DNA from: Octopus bimaculoides
Taxonomy: Eukaryota
NCBI RefSeq assembly: GCF_001194135.2
Contig: NC_068991.1
Span: 22,013,048-22,052,372 of the forward strand
DNA length: 39,325 nucleotides
Reading direction: 5' to 3'
The position numbers were made by a program, and so were the translations under genes. The notes under the pieces were generated by a model, which ran no database searches, was not told where the DNA came from, and saw only the letters and a list, made by a program, of their open reading frames with translations. This document shows positions 22,998 to 34,300 of this stretch, one piece after another (position 1 is the first letter of the stretch; each line of letters opens with the position of its first letter).

Positions 22998-23832
22998 CTA
23001 GATTTCAACTGATTAAAAATGAATTTGTTCCCCCTGTATCTCAAAGCCTCACAAATAATTATATAGGACATACTGCACTAATCTGAAATCACCATTGAAT
23101 GCTGCTTTGACAGTTCTGCGGCTGCTGTTATTTTGCTAATGTAACAGGCCGCTATGTAATCAATGGTGGTTTGAATTCACTGTAACTTGTTTGTTTTTAA
23201 GTATAACAATGTGGGATCAGGTTCTATCCCATTGTGCAGCACCTTGAGCTTGTGAATGAACTTGGTAGACAGAAACTGAAACAAGCCCATTAGATGTATA
23301 TGTGTGTATATATTTTGTTATGTATACTTATCTACTATTGCATTCAATGAATGTTGCTCAGTACAAGCTGTGTTGTTGTAGTTGTCACTTTTCCTGGCAA
23401 CAAATCGTCCAATCACTCTGTACCTTCAAAAACATGTGAAATAAGAGATTCCTTACTTGGAAAACAGGTACAAGTTAGTGCCAGGAAAAGCATCCGCTTT
23501 TAAAACAATGGATGTAAAATGAACAAAGACCAGCTCTGATTAAGTAGAATTATAATCAAAGATATTCCATTCTTGATCACTCCATAATTTCAGATGGTTT
23601 ATCATGGATTATGCTATGAAATGTATCTTCCTCTTAAAGACAGTTGCTTGTGATTTGAGATGTGGTGTTGTAGCTTCAATTTTTTTTTTTTTGTAAATAT
23701 TTTCAGTTTCTCATTTTTGTATTAGATGGTAAACTAGCAGTGTTATTGTGGATGACTTATACAAAAATAGCAAGATGAAAATAGTTACAGAAGTGGCTGA
23801 AACTATAATACCACAACTTGCAACAAGTGTAC

Positions 23833-23874
23833 CTCATGTTTTCCCTTGGAGTGAATATCTATGAGGTCAGTCAA
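23833..23874 (-). CDS. Candidate 42-bp exon (LTDLIDIHSKGKHE), gene unidentified
   Basis: Very strong acceptor gtttttctttccctatttcttccaag| and GAG|gtacac donor. Only phase 0 is open. Confidence 0.4.
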
Positions 23875-24949
23875 CTTGGAAGAAATAGGGAAAGAAAAAC
23901 ATATTGAATAACATAATTCTCCAAAATACACAATGTCTGAAAAAAAAATGAGGATGGTCAGAAGTGGGATGCCATTAATTAAAGGTCTGTTTCATCAGAG
24001 TGCTATGAAACTAAACAATAGCAATTACAAACCAAAGAGAAGGTCTCAACATGGTTACTTAATGTGCATGAAAAGGCAGAAAAATCTCCCTCAAATCACA
24101 CCCAGCCAGCTTTAAAAAGAGAGACCCTTACACATTTGAAATTATGTGATTACTTAAACACCTCTGATCAAAGGTCTGCTTAGTCAGGACTGCCTTGAAG
24201 CTAAATGATAAAAAAGTTTTACCTATTGCATAGTACATGACACAGCATATTTTGAAAACTACATAACACTGTATAACAAAATTTTAATTTCTTTTTCTTT
24301 GGTCAATAGGTGTTATTTTCTATATGCTTCAATCTAGAAATCAAAGGAAATGCCTGCTATTCTCTTCAAACTTTGCTTTTGTGACTGACCTATTTTCCAT
24401 TACATTTCAGACAGATTCAGCACGGAGTTGTTGAAGCAGAAATATCATTATAGCAAATATTCTGCTCAATACCACAGATTTATTTGTCAGTTGCTTAACA
24501 TTAAGCACTTGAGTATGTCCCCTAGTGGCTGACAACATGTTCGTCTCTGGTTATGAGTAAGAGTAGTAGAGGAACATCATAGCCACGTGTTGAGAGGGAT
24601 TCTTTGGATATGAATAAATGTAACAAAAGCAAAATTTGAAGAAAATATTAGCCATTTTTCAGACTTTCTAGGGGTAAGCAAATAGGAAATAATAGTTGTT
24701 ACCAAAGGACAAAAATTGTGTTAGACAGTGTAATCTGATAATGTAGATGTTTGTGCCAGTATGGTAAATAATGTATGTATGCATGTATGTATGCATATAT
24801 ATATGTGTGTATGTATGTATANNNNNNNNNNNNNNNNNNTATATATATATACATATCTAGCTTGTTGGTTAATTGCAACTCTAGCAATTTGTTAATCACT
24901 GTTCTTCTATACCAAGTGAGACTAAATTTATCTTAGCATGTGGTTACCA

Positions 24950-25008
24950 GTGGATGCTTGCTACTGATGACATTCAAAGAAGTAGAAATATGTATTTAGC
25001 AAGTCCAC
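24950..25008 (+). ncRNA. Minimal type-I hammerhead ribozyme-like motif (Penelope-type), probably decayed
   Basis: CTGATGA at 24964-70 and GAAA at 24985-88, then near-palindromic TATGTA and U-H (TT). Stem I is CTTGCTA/TAGCAAG, extended by GTGGA/TCCAC. Stem II is weak (TTC/GAA only). Confidence 0.55.
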
Positions 25009-25195
25009 CACCACTGCCAGACACTTTTCGCCTGCTACTGATATATTTCTGTGGTTTTTAACACTATATGCCTTTACAAGATGCTTTCTCAAGATGACTA
25101 CAGCAATTTCCATGCTTTACTCATCTTTGACAATTTGCGAGCAGAAAATTACAATGAAATAATGTGAAATGAAAACATTTTGTTTTTAATTTCAG

Positions 25196-25249
25196 TTTAA
25201 TAAACTATACCAGAATTGGAGAACATTTGTCAAAGATCAAGCAGCTAAG
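25196..25249 (+). CDS. Candidate 54-bp exon (FNKLYQNWRTFVKDQAAK), gene unidentified
   Basis: ttttgtttttaatttcag| acceptor and AAG|gtaaca donor. Phase 0-0, so it joins the 30-bp micro-exon in frame. Confidence 0.4.
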
Positions 25250-25924
25250 GTAACATTGTATAAAGAAAGGATATCACAAAATGCATAAGAAAAATGATAT
25301 GTAGTAGATAGAGGAATAGTTATGATAAAGTCTGTTTATATAATTAGTAATCTAAATGTGTTGTTTTTTTACCATAATTAAGATGAAAATATTATTGATA
25401 TTTTGCCTATTTTGGAATTTTTGCATAGATCTTATGAAGGCATGAAAATTATGAACTGGGTATCCATACACACAAATGCATGCATGCACCAAAGTGATTA
25501 GTGTAAATTAAGACAGACATTAACATGCCATCATTTGTATTCTTTCTTAGCTAATATTTTACAGCCTGTTACAATGTTTTCTAGTTGGTAATTACATAAG
25601 TGGTATTTATTCCTTGAAGTGGAAAAAATAAATACCTTTATTCACTGAATTAGTATTTGAGGCTTGATCTGGAGCAGCTGCCAACAAACTTCCTATTTTA
25701 CTCTTTAAATCTTCATGATGGGTCTTGAATTTCTCACTCTCGGTATCTCTGAGGAACTTTCCACATAACTGCATTTTTCTCTATTGCTTCCTTTATTGTA
25801 AATTCAAATTCAACGCAAACAAGTTCTAGTTCTTTTGCAATAGGTTCAAGTAGTTCCTTATTTTTTGCAAGATATGGTTTAACTGACTTTTGCTCTCCAT
25901 TTACAATCAGAAATACTTTAAAAG

Positions 25925-26570
25925 TTATCTCCCTTTAACCTTGCATCTCCATATATAAATGACTGGCATTTGCTTCCAGATGAAACAATCCAAGCATGGT
26001 TACGATTTTTGTTGTTGTTCTGTCTAATAATGATCTATTCAGCTATGCCAAACATTCAAAGTCATACTATAATTCAAGAATGGAGCAGTACACCACTGGC
26101 CTTTTTGAAGTTGACCCACAACCTGCACAGATTAGTCTCTTGATGTTTCACTATTATTTTGCTGATGGTCTTCAGTGTCTTTTGAATGTTTCTTGCATTC
26201 CTTATAGCAGCAGTCTTCTAACAGCAATCTGATATGCATAAAATGCTTGTATGTTTTCACAGCAAAAATGCCTCTTAGTAACTTCCATAACAGAGGAAGC
26301 TGACTGAGCAATAATTTTTCTACTTCATTTGGATGATTTCTGATTTGACCATAAAAGGATTTCAGATGTTTTATTCAAAGTCTTTGGATCCTATTTGGTC
26401 TTGGGGTTCTCCAATTTGGTAGTGTCTTTTACTGCTTCAGGAAATTGTCCCTAGTTATAGAGAATGGTATTTACTTCTTTGCATTGCTCAGTTCCATCTT
26501 AACTATTTTGATCTATTCTGCATTATCATTACATGTAATCAGACACCTCCCCATTCCTGTCCAAAATACT
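25925..26570 (-). mobile_element. Decayed RT N-terminal fragment of an R4/Dong-type LINE
   Basis: Minus strand reads LPLLWKLLRGIFAVKTYKHF...TNLCRLWVNFKKA...HSxII..L.MFGIAE, matching the LPxxWKLLTGI and TNLxMAWIDYKKAYDSVPHSWI motifs. Confidence 0.75.
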
Positions 26571-27858
26571 ATGATAGTTTTTCTTGTTGTTGTTATTATT
26601 ATTATTATTGGTAGAATCAAAAAAGCATTGGCTTTTAAGGTTTTGATTTCAAATCCTGTCAAGATCTACTTTGCCTTCAATCTCCGGGATTGATAAAATA
26701 ATGTAAAAGTCACACTTCTTTCAAAACATTTGGCATTATGTTTTAACTATTGATTATTATTATTATTAAAATTAAAAGGTGTATTGTGAGTCCAGCATAA
26801 AACATAATTTCGTATTTAAAAATTAAATGAAGACAAATGAAATAAAATACACTTCACAATGTATTATGTAAATGTAAATTTAGAATAAAGAAAGGAGATG
26901 CATCTTCTTATGGCACAGATGGGTATCACTGAAGTGGCTTTTTTCTCTTCCTATGTCAGCAATTCAACAGCTGAAAAAATAAAATCAACAATATATATGA
27001 ATGTATGTGCGCACACATGTGTGTTTGTGTGTGTGTGTATGTGTGTGTGATTTTTTTTTTTTTTTTGTTCCACAGGTATTAATTTTTATCTGATGAAAGT
27101 GTTTGTGTGCATGACCATCACAGTTTTTTTTTTTTTTTGCAAGACTGGAGAGTTTGAAATGTTAGTCTTCAATAGTTACAAATCAACAGCTGCAAGAAAT
27201 CCACAGGCAAAGAAAGGAGCCCAAGGAGCTACCATTTTCCAAAAGAAAGGATTGAGAATAGTGATTTCTGAGGGGTCTTGGAGGAGGTGGAATTGAACAG
27301 ATGAGAGAGAGACAAATGAATCAGGAACGTTGCAGTGGAGGTGCAACAAAACCAGTTAGCTCCAAGAAACAGAAGCCATTGATGAGGTTGTAGAATGGGC
27401 AGAAAGATGAAATAGCATGTGTGAATTAGAAACTGGAGTGCATTGATGAGTGACTCTGTGCCAGTCAATTAAGTGGTGTTTCTTTAAATAAGATTTATGG
27501 TGGATACATATGCAGCAGCACAAAAGTAGGAACAGTACTCCACTGTGGGCCTCACCTGACCTTTATAGAAGATCAGTAGTAGTTTCTGATCCTGAAGTGG
27601 AAGGTCAGTCTTTGTGATGCATCTTTTGGTAAGCTAAGGATGTTTTTTTTTCTTATTTTTTACTTGTTTCAGTCATGGATTGTGGCCATGCTGGGGCACT
27701 ACTTTGGAGGGTTTAGTTGAGAAAATTGACTCTAGGACTTATTTCATCAGTCTCTTGTGTTGTACCTAAGTTATTGGGATGTAAACAACGGAAGACCAGT
27801 TGTCAGGTAGTGGTGTAGGACAAACACAAATACACATACACACATATATATATATAAG

Positions 27859-27889
<31 letters not shown>

Positions 27890-27914
27890 ACACACACAGA
27901 TATATATATATATA

Positions 27915-29106
27915 TCAGTGGCAAAGGGTTACTAGGAAACTAGGGCATGTAGTCCACCCCCCACCTCCCTGAGGTTGGTGGGGGAATTCCGAGTGTTCCA
28001 CCCTCCCCTGTTTTCCATGAAAAGTGTAGTATTATATATGCTTTGAGATATGAGGAGTCTGAAAATGAAAATAGTTTCCCCCTACAATGCACCATTTTGA
28101 AATAGTTTGTAAGGCACGAGAAACGTACAGATAACTTTGAAAATCACCCTCCAATGATTTCGTCCAATAGGGGTTAATCAAGCCGTCAACTTTGAGAAAA
28201 AGTCAAAATTCTTTTTGAAGTTTGGAAGAAAATTCGACATTCACGAACTCTTGACGCTGACTGACAGAGTACTAAATTAAGTGAATGTGTATATCAATGT
28301 ACAACTCTTGTCAGTGATGCAGCTTTTCTATCTTTACTGACATTGAATTATCCCCTAGACCTTTCTTGAAGCTTTTCCTTTTCATCAAAAAATCACAAAA
28401 TGTGTGACAATTAAGATTTCATCTAAAGGTCTGTAGTCTCACCAAATATAACAGCAACAGCTGTTTTTTTTTTTTTTATCATTGGCTTAATTACACTTTC
28501 ACTTGTAACAGCTATACAATTAAATGCATGCTGCAGCATGTCAAATGGAGTCTTGAGACAGAGGGGCGATGAGACTTTCCAGAGATCAGCAATGGCATGC
28601 TACAGCACTTAATGCTGAATCAGTAAAGTAACATTTTAATGATTAGACAGCAACAGACTACGAACAAATTTGTTCTTCACCAATCCTGGAGCTGTTTTCA
28701 GATATGGTCCATCCTATTCTTATAAAAATTTTTGTCCAAATTGATGTGCTAAACTGAAATTGTCATTTCTGAAAAGCTTTAAAATTTCCAAATGAAACTA
28801 ATGGCATGTGCTGCTCAAGTGATAAGGTAAGATTGCCAGCACTACCAGCTCCTCCTCAACTTCTTATAGATCTTCTGGAAGGCACTTTCATCCAGTCAAA
28901 GGATTTTCTGAACAAAATCAGGCAATACAACTCTGCATTTCAAATGACATTGTTTACTGTATCTAAGAACATCGTTGAACATGGATTTATGCTGACATTC
29001 AATGTTCAAGGGCAAGTCTATCACCTCATTGGTCCCCTGTTACCCACAAATGAACAACTACACTTCCTCCAAATTTACTTCGTGAGTGATGTAGGACAAC
29101 AAACCT
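27915..29106 (+). mobile_element. Helitron remnant including a Rep N-terminal fragment
   Basis: ORF 28806..29108 (CCSSDKVRLPALPAPP..L..LL.G...SKDFLNKIRQYNSAFQMT...QGQVYHLIGPLLP...FLQIYF) is the typical Helitron RepHel N-terminal signature. The 5' boundary is uncertain. Confidence 0.85.
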
Positions 29107-29689
29107 GAAGGAGGTATCAGTACTTCAGACTATGGGCCATGTTAGACGTAGCGCCAATTACCACAAAGGACAGTATATCCACCGATAGCTTTTCAGTGCA
29201 TTCAAACATCACATATCCCCCACCCCCAATTTCCCATGACAGGTTAGGGCCTGGAATACAATAAATGGATGCATGACATGTCGCTTAGTTGAATTAGCCC
29301 ATCATTTACTCCACAAATGTTTTGTTGTCAATGTTGCACTTTCCTGTATCACCTGTTTCAACACAACTGTAATATATATATACAAACTATGCCATTTTAA
29401 TCCTGAGCAACAGTGGGTATCTCTGCTAGTGTGTATATATATATATATATATATATGACAGGCTTCTACATAGTTTCCATCTACTAAAGTCATTCACAAA
29501 GCATCAGTTGGTCTAGGGCTACAATAGAAGATACCTTCCCAAGGACCCATGCAGTGGGACTGAACCCAGAACCATGCAGTTTCGAAACATGCTTCTTAAC
29601 CACACAGCCAGTAAAGACTGAGTCTAGCATTTGTGGTAACCTTGCTGGTTTTGTGTGCTGTTCATGTTTGTTGTTGTTGGTGGGTGTGT

Positions 29690-30420
29690 ATGTGTCTCAA
29701 TGCTGATGATAGAGACAATATTGGCACAACACTACAGGAGAATGGTTTCAGCGGTCTCTGTTTATAGAGTCCGTGCAGGTCTGGTATGAGGTTTAGGTTT
29801 GTAGTTGATATATGAACATTAGAAGGCTGCGAGCTGGCAGAAACGTTAGCATGCCAGGTGAAATGCTTAGCTGTATTTCGTCTGTCTTTACATTCTGAGT
29901 TCAAATTCCGCCAAGGTCGACTTTGCCTTTCATCCTTTCGGGATCGATAAGTTAAGTACCAGTTGCATACTGGGGTTGATCTGATCGACTGCCCCGCCAC
30001 AAAACATTTCAGGCCCTGTGCATAGAGTAGAAAAGGACATATGAATGTTAGGAGGGGCCAAAGCGGAATGAAGAGTGGTATCATCTGCAGAGGAGTGGGT
30101 GTTGTTTGAGGTGATGGCAAACAGGTTGTTGATGTAAAAGTATGTAAGAAACAAAACTGAAGCACAAGGTAATGCTGAAATTGAGTATGCATGCATTAGA
30201 GGAAGTATCATTAGAACATGCAGTGATGGTATCATCTGACAGTAAGCCACTGATCAAAGAGATAAACGATAGCTGAAGCTCATTCATAGACAGTTTTACC
30301 AGGAGATTCATATGGCTGATATGGCCAAAAACTTGTTTATGTGAGCAAAACAATAGTGTTTGCACCAAATTTCTCAAAGGTGAGGGTACACAGCTCAGAG
30401 TAACTGTCCAACTAATATGG
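29690..30420 (-). mobile_element. Decayed CR1-type LINE RT fragment interrupted by a SINE
   Basis: ORFs 30081..30377 and 29930..30250 include YINNLFAITSNNTHSSADDTTLH, a decayed YINDL...YADDT motif. Confidence 0.75.
29827..30038 (+). mobile_element. tRNA-derived SINE, family 2, young copy with a 17-bp target-site duplication
   Basis: CpG-retaining copy flanked by atatgaacattagaagg (29810-26) and atatgaatgttaggagg (30039-55). Confidence 0.9.
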
Positions 30421-30557
30421 CTTTATGAAAGGCATAATGATGGTTATTAAGTAGAGAGAGAGGTTGTAGTAGGTTGATGGAGATATTGGAAGTGAATGTG
30501 GTTTGGAAGAATCCTTTCTTGCGAATGAAGGACACAGCATGTTGAGAGAGAGAGGGG

Positions 30558-30588
<31 letters not shown>

Positions 30589-30714
30589 TAGAGAGAGAGT
30601 GAGAACTTGAAGGGTTTGGCGATAATAAAGTCTAGTTCTGGCATCAGCCTTCACTAATACACTCTAGTGAAAAATATACATTTATATATATATATATAAT
30701 ATAAAGTTAGATAA

Positions 30715-31370
30715 GGCCATGTCATGGGATTACCCTGGGTCTTATATCCATAAAGCACTTATTTTTACAGCATACCATCAGATCCCAAAACCTTTTGGCT
30801 TAAGGCCAATCTGGAATATGGAAGAGGAAAGGACCTCGCTACTCAATGTCAACAATAGGGGATTGTCTCCCTTTGGCTATCGATTGCAAGAGACCCTGTT
30901 TTTTGTGGGTTCCAGTAGGCCACCAGGAATTTCCTGAAATGCAAGCATGGTCCAAAGACCTCTGTTCTGGAGTTAAGGATGTTCCTGGGTCAAGGGGGTC
31001 CTTTAGAATCCTTGCCCATTCCGCTAAGCATAGTGTACACTGCTTGGTCTCGTTTATGTAGAGGCCTGGATTTTCTAGGATTCCCCATGCTACTGTGTAT
31101 GGAATCCTGTTATCTTTCAGCTGTCATACATTGCTGGCTAGTGACATAACGTATCTCCTTTCCGGTATCCTAAAGGATACACATACATATGCATCTATGT
31201 TCTGCAATGCATAGTTTACAATGCTTGGACTTGTTTATGTGGGGAACTGGATTTTCTAGGATTCACCATCCTACTGCGTATGGGATCCTGTTGTCTTTCA
31301 GCTGCCATACATGGCTGACTAGTGATGTAATGTTTCACCTTTCCGGTATCCTGAAGGATATACACACACA
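30715..31370 (-). mobile_element. Penelope-like element, GIY-YIG endonuclease C-terminal fragment with an internal 181-bp tandem duplication
   Basis: Minus strand reads SLASNV*QLKDNRIPYTVAWGILENPGLYINETKQCTLCLAEWARIL...(frameshift)NSRTEVFGPCLHFRKFL, matching the CxLCLxE...LNxRxE...CxH motif of Penelope elements. Confidence 0.75.
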
Positions 31371-34300
31371 CACATAAAATGGGTTTCTGTACAGTTTCAT
31401 TCTACCAAGTTCCACTCACAAGGAATTTGCCAAGTAGGAGATATAGTAGTAAGGTGTTGTGTATTGAAATTGATGCCAGAATCATGTGACTGTAAAGCAA
31501 ACTTCTAAGCCATATAGTCATGCTTGTGCTACAATGCGAGAGTAGTTATGCCTATGTCGGGTAGAATTGTAACTTATCGAGGGCCAGATCAGCAACTGTT
31601 CAGAGTTGAAGCTGAAACGATTTTCTGACCCAAAGCAGAAAACCTTGGAATATGTTCTTAATTATCTTAAAGATTGTGGTCACTATGGAAGAGTGATACA
31701 ATTGTGAGAGTTAATTCAGAGGACGAGTAGAAGTTCTCAATGATCGATGGACAGTATTGTAAGGCCAGAAGATGATTAGAGGACACAGATCAGAGGTCAG
31801 TTTGGCACTGGGGTAGCAAATGGAAATTGTTACTATGTTGTTTAGTCTTCTGCCCAACCCATGCCAGCATTGAAAAGCAGATATAAAAACAATGATGAAA
31901 ATGGTGATATTGTCCAATTTGTTTTGTTTTATTTAAAAGCTTTTTTTTCTCTTAAATGTTAGAAGGGTATGATTTGAGGGAAACTTGGAATCTATTTATA
32001 TGTCAAGAGACCACATACAGGTTTTTGTTATTAGTTTGAGACTGAGCTCATTATCATCATCATTGTTGTCGGCATCGTCATCATCATCATCATCATCATC
32101 ATTATCATCATTGTTTAATATCTACTTTTCCATGTTTGCATGACTCAGACACAATTTTGTTGAGGCAGACTTTTTGCAACAGGATGTCTTTTCTGTTGCT
32201 AACCCTCACCTTTTTCCAATTAAGGTAATATTTCCCCATGGTCAGATGGGTTTTTTTTTCTTTCGTTTTTTTCTCTTTCGCAGAAAACTAGAAACAAACA
32301 ACACTGTCTATCAGTGCTGCTTGTTTGCTACCACCACATGATGTCAAGACACACACCCACACAGGGCTTCTCTCAGTTTACACCTACCAAATCCATTCAC
32401 AAGATTTTGGTCAGACTGAAATTAAAGGCACCATTCAGGGGGATCAAACCTGAGACCACATAGTTGGGAAGCAAGCTTCTTAACCACACAGCTACATTTA
32501 TGTCAAACAAACAAAGTTGTGAGAAGAGAAACACAATTTAATAGGTGAATCTTCAAACCATCTATATGTTTCATGACAAGCAATCACAGGGAAGCTTGTA
32601 TAAGTTTCTGAAAGGCAACTTTTCTTCCCTTTTTTTTAATGGCTTTGTCAGAAAAAAACAAAGCACAATGCTCAAGATCATTTTTAGTGCCCGTTAGATT
32701 GGTAAGAGGAAGAGAGGATAGTGTCTTTGGACAGATCTGATTGCTCTGCTAGGTACCCAAAGGTCAGTTACTTACTTAAGCCCTCCACTATGGAGCACAG
32801 GCTATTGACAACTTGTATCTACTGTTCTTGATTTTAGGTTGTCTTTTCTGCTTCTCTCCATTTGGATCCCCAATTCCTGCAGCTTCCTTTTGAATTTTAC
32901 TTCACCACAACATATATTTCCTTGAGAGAAGGCCTTCCTCTCACAGATCTTATTGGTTTTGAATTGTAATTAATGCTTCTGTAACTTTGCTTTTTTTAGT
33001 TAGGGGTGTTGGCCCTACTCAAACCCATTTTTAACTCTGGGTACAGGAGGTCCATATAAGATCTGGCCTCTGTCCTTTGACTTGTTCAGCATAGGAGGCC
33101 CTAGCAGAAGGTTGTGCTCCACTGGCATAGCTCTCAGGGTCATTGATACACACAAGCCACTGCAATACAAGGACTGGACCATGTGGTGGATCCAAAGGCA
33201 GCCAGTAGCTGTTTTGTTAAACAGGTGCTGGATTCTCAATTCATCATCATCATTTAACATGCATTATCCATGCTGGAATGAGTTGGATAGTTTGATCAGG
33301 GCTAGTAAGTTGAGGGTTAGGGTTAGGGTACCTAGCATAGCAATCAGATCTGTCCAAAGACACTATTCTCTCTTCCTCTTACCAGTCTGATCTGGTATGG
33401 TTTCTACAGCTGGATGCCCTTCCGAACACCAACCACTCTGTGAGTGTAATGGGTGTTTTTACATGCCACTGGCATGGGTGCCAGTTGCGTAACACCAGTA
33501 TCTGCCATGAATACGATTTCACTTGGCTTGATGGGTCTTCTTTTCAAGCACGGCATACTGCTAAAGGTCTCAGTCATTTATCATTGCTTCTGCGAGGCCC
33601 AACGCTTGAAAGGTGCTTTGTAAGTGCCACCAGCAGGGGTGCTAGTTACACAACACTAGTATCAGCCACATTGCCTTTGTGAGGCCCAATGCTCAAAAGA
33701 TTCTTTTTACATGCCACCAGCAATTCTCACTGAAAAATTTACTACACAATTACAAAAGTTTCAAATGAAATAATCTAATACTAAATAGAATCAAGACAAA
33801 CTGTTTGGCATTTAATATAAAAAAGAAAGATATACTTAAAAGCAGCAGATTTCATGATAGAGCAATACAAGACAAAAATTATTTGGCTTAACATGCAAAA
33901 AAGAGGTAAGAAAGAATCCTATATAACTGAAGAGTAATTTGAATTTACCCAGAAATGGCTTCTGCATAAAAAATACTTAATTACATTGAATTAAAAGAAT
34001 TTAATTAATTAAAATTGCATTCATAGTGAAGAGAAAAGAAACATTAGCGTAATGACCAATTCTGACCAAGAAAGGTAGGAGAGACAATCCCAAAATTGAA
34101 ATTAAAAGTAGATTGGAGAGTGGAGTTCAGGAAGACATGCAGAGAAGAGTGAGTTGGATCATTGACAAGTACAGTAAGATAACTCTAGAAATGATTCAGT
34201 TTTATCAGACCTTCGCGATAAAGAAGTCTTAGTATCATCACCATCATCATCATCATCATTGTCGTTTAATGTCCACTTTCCATGCTGACTTGTGTTGGAC

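Larger units (their letters stand above)
22501..23026. repeat. Local direct duplication of a 128-bp unit (22501-22628 and 22899-23026)
   Basis: By-eye alignment gives 8 differences in about 128 bp, offset 398 bp. Confidence 0.95.
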
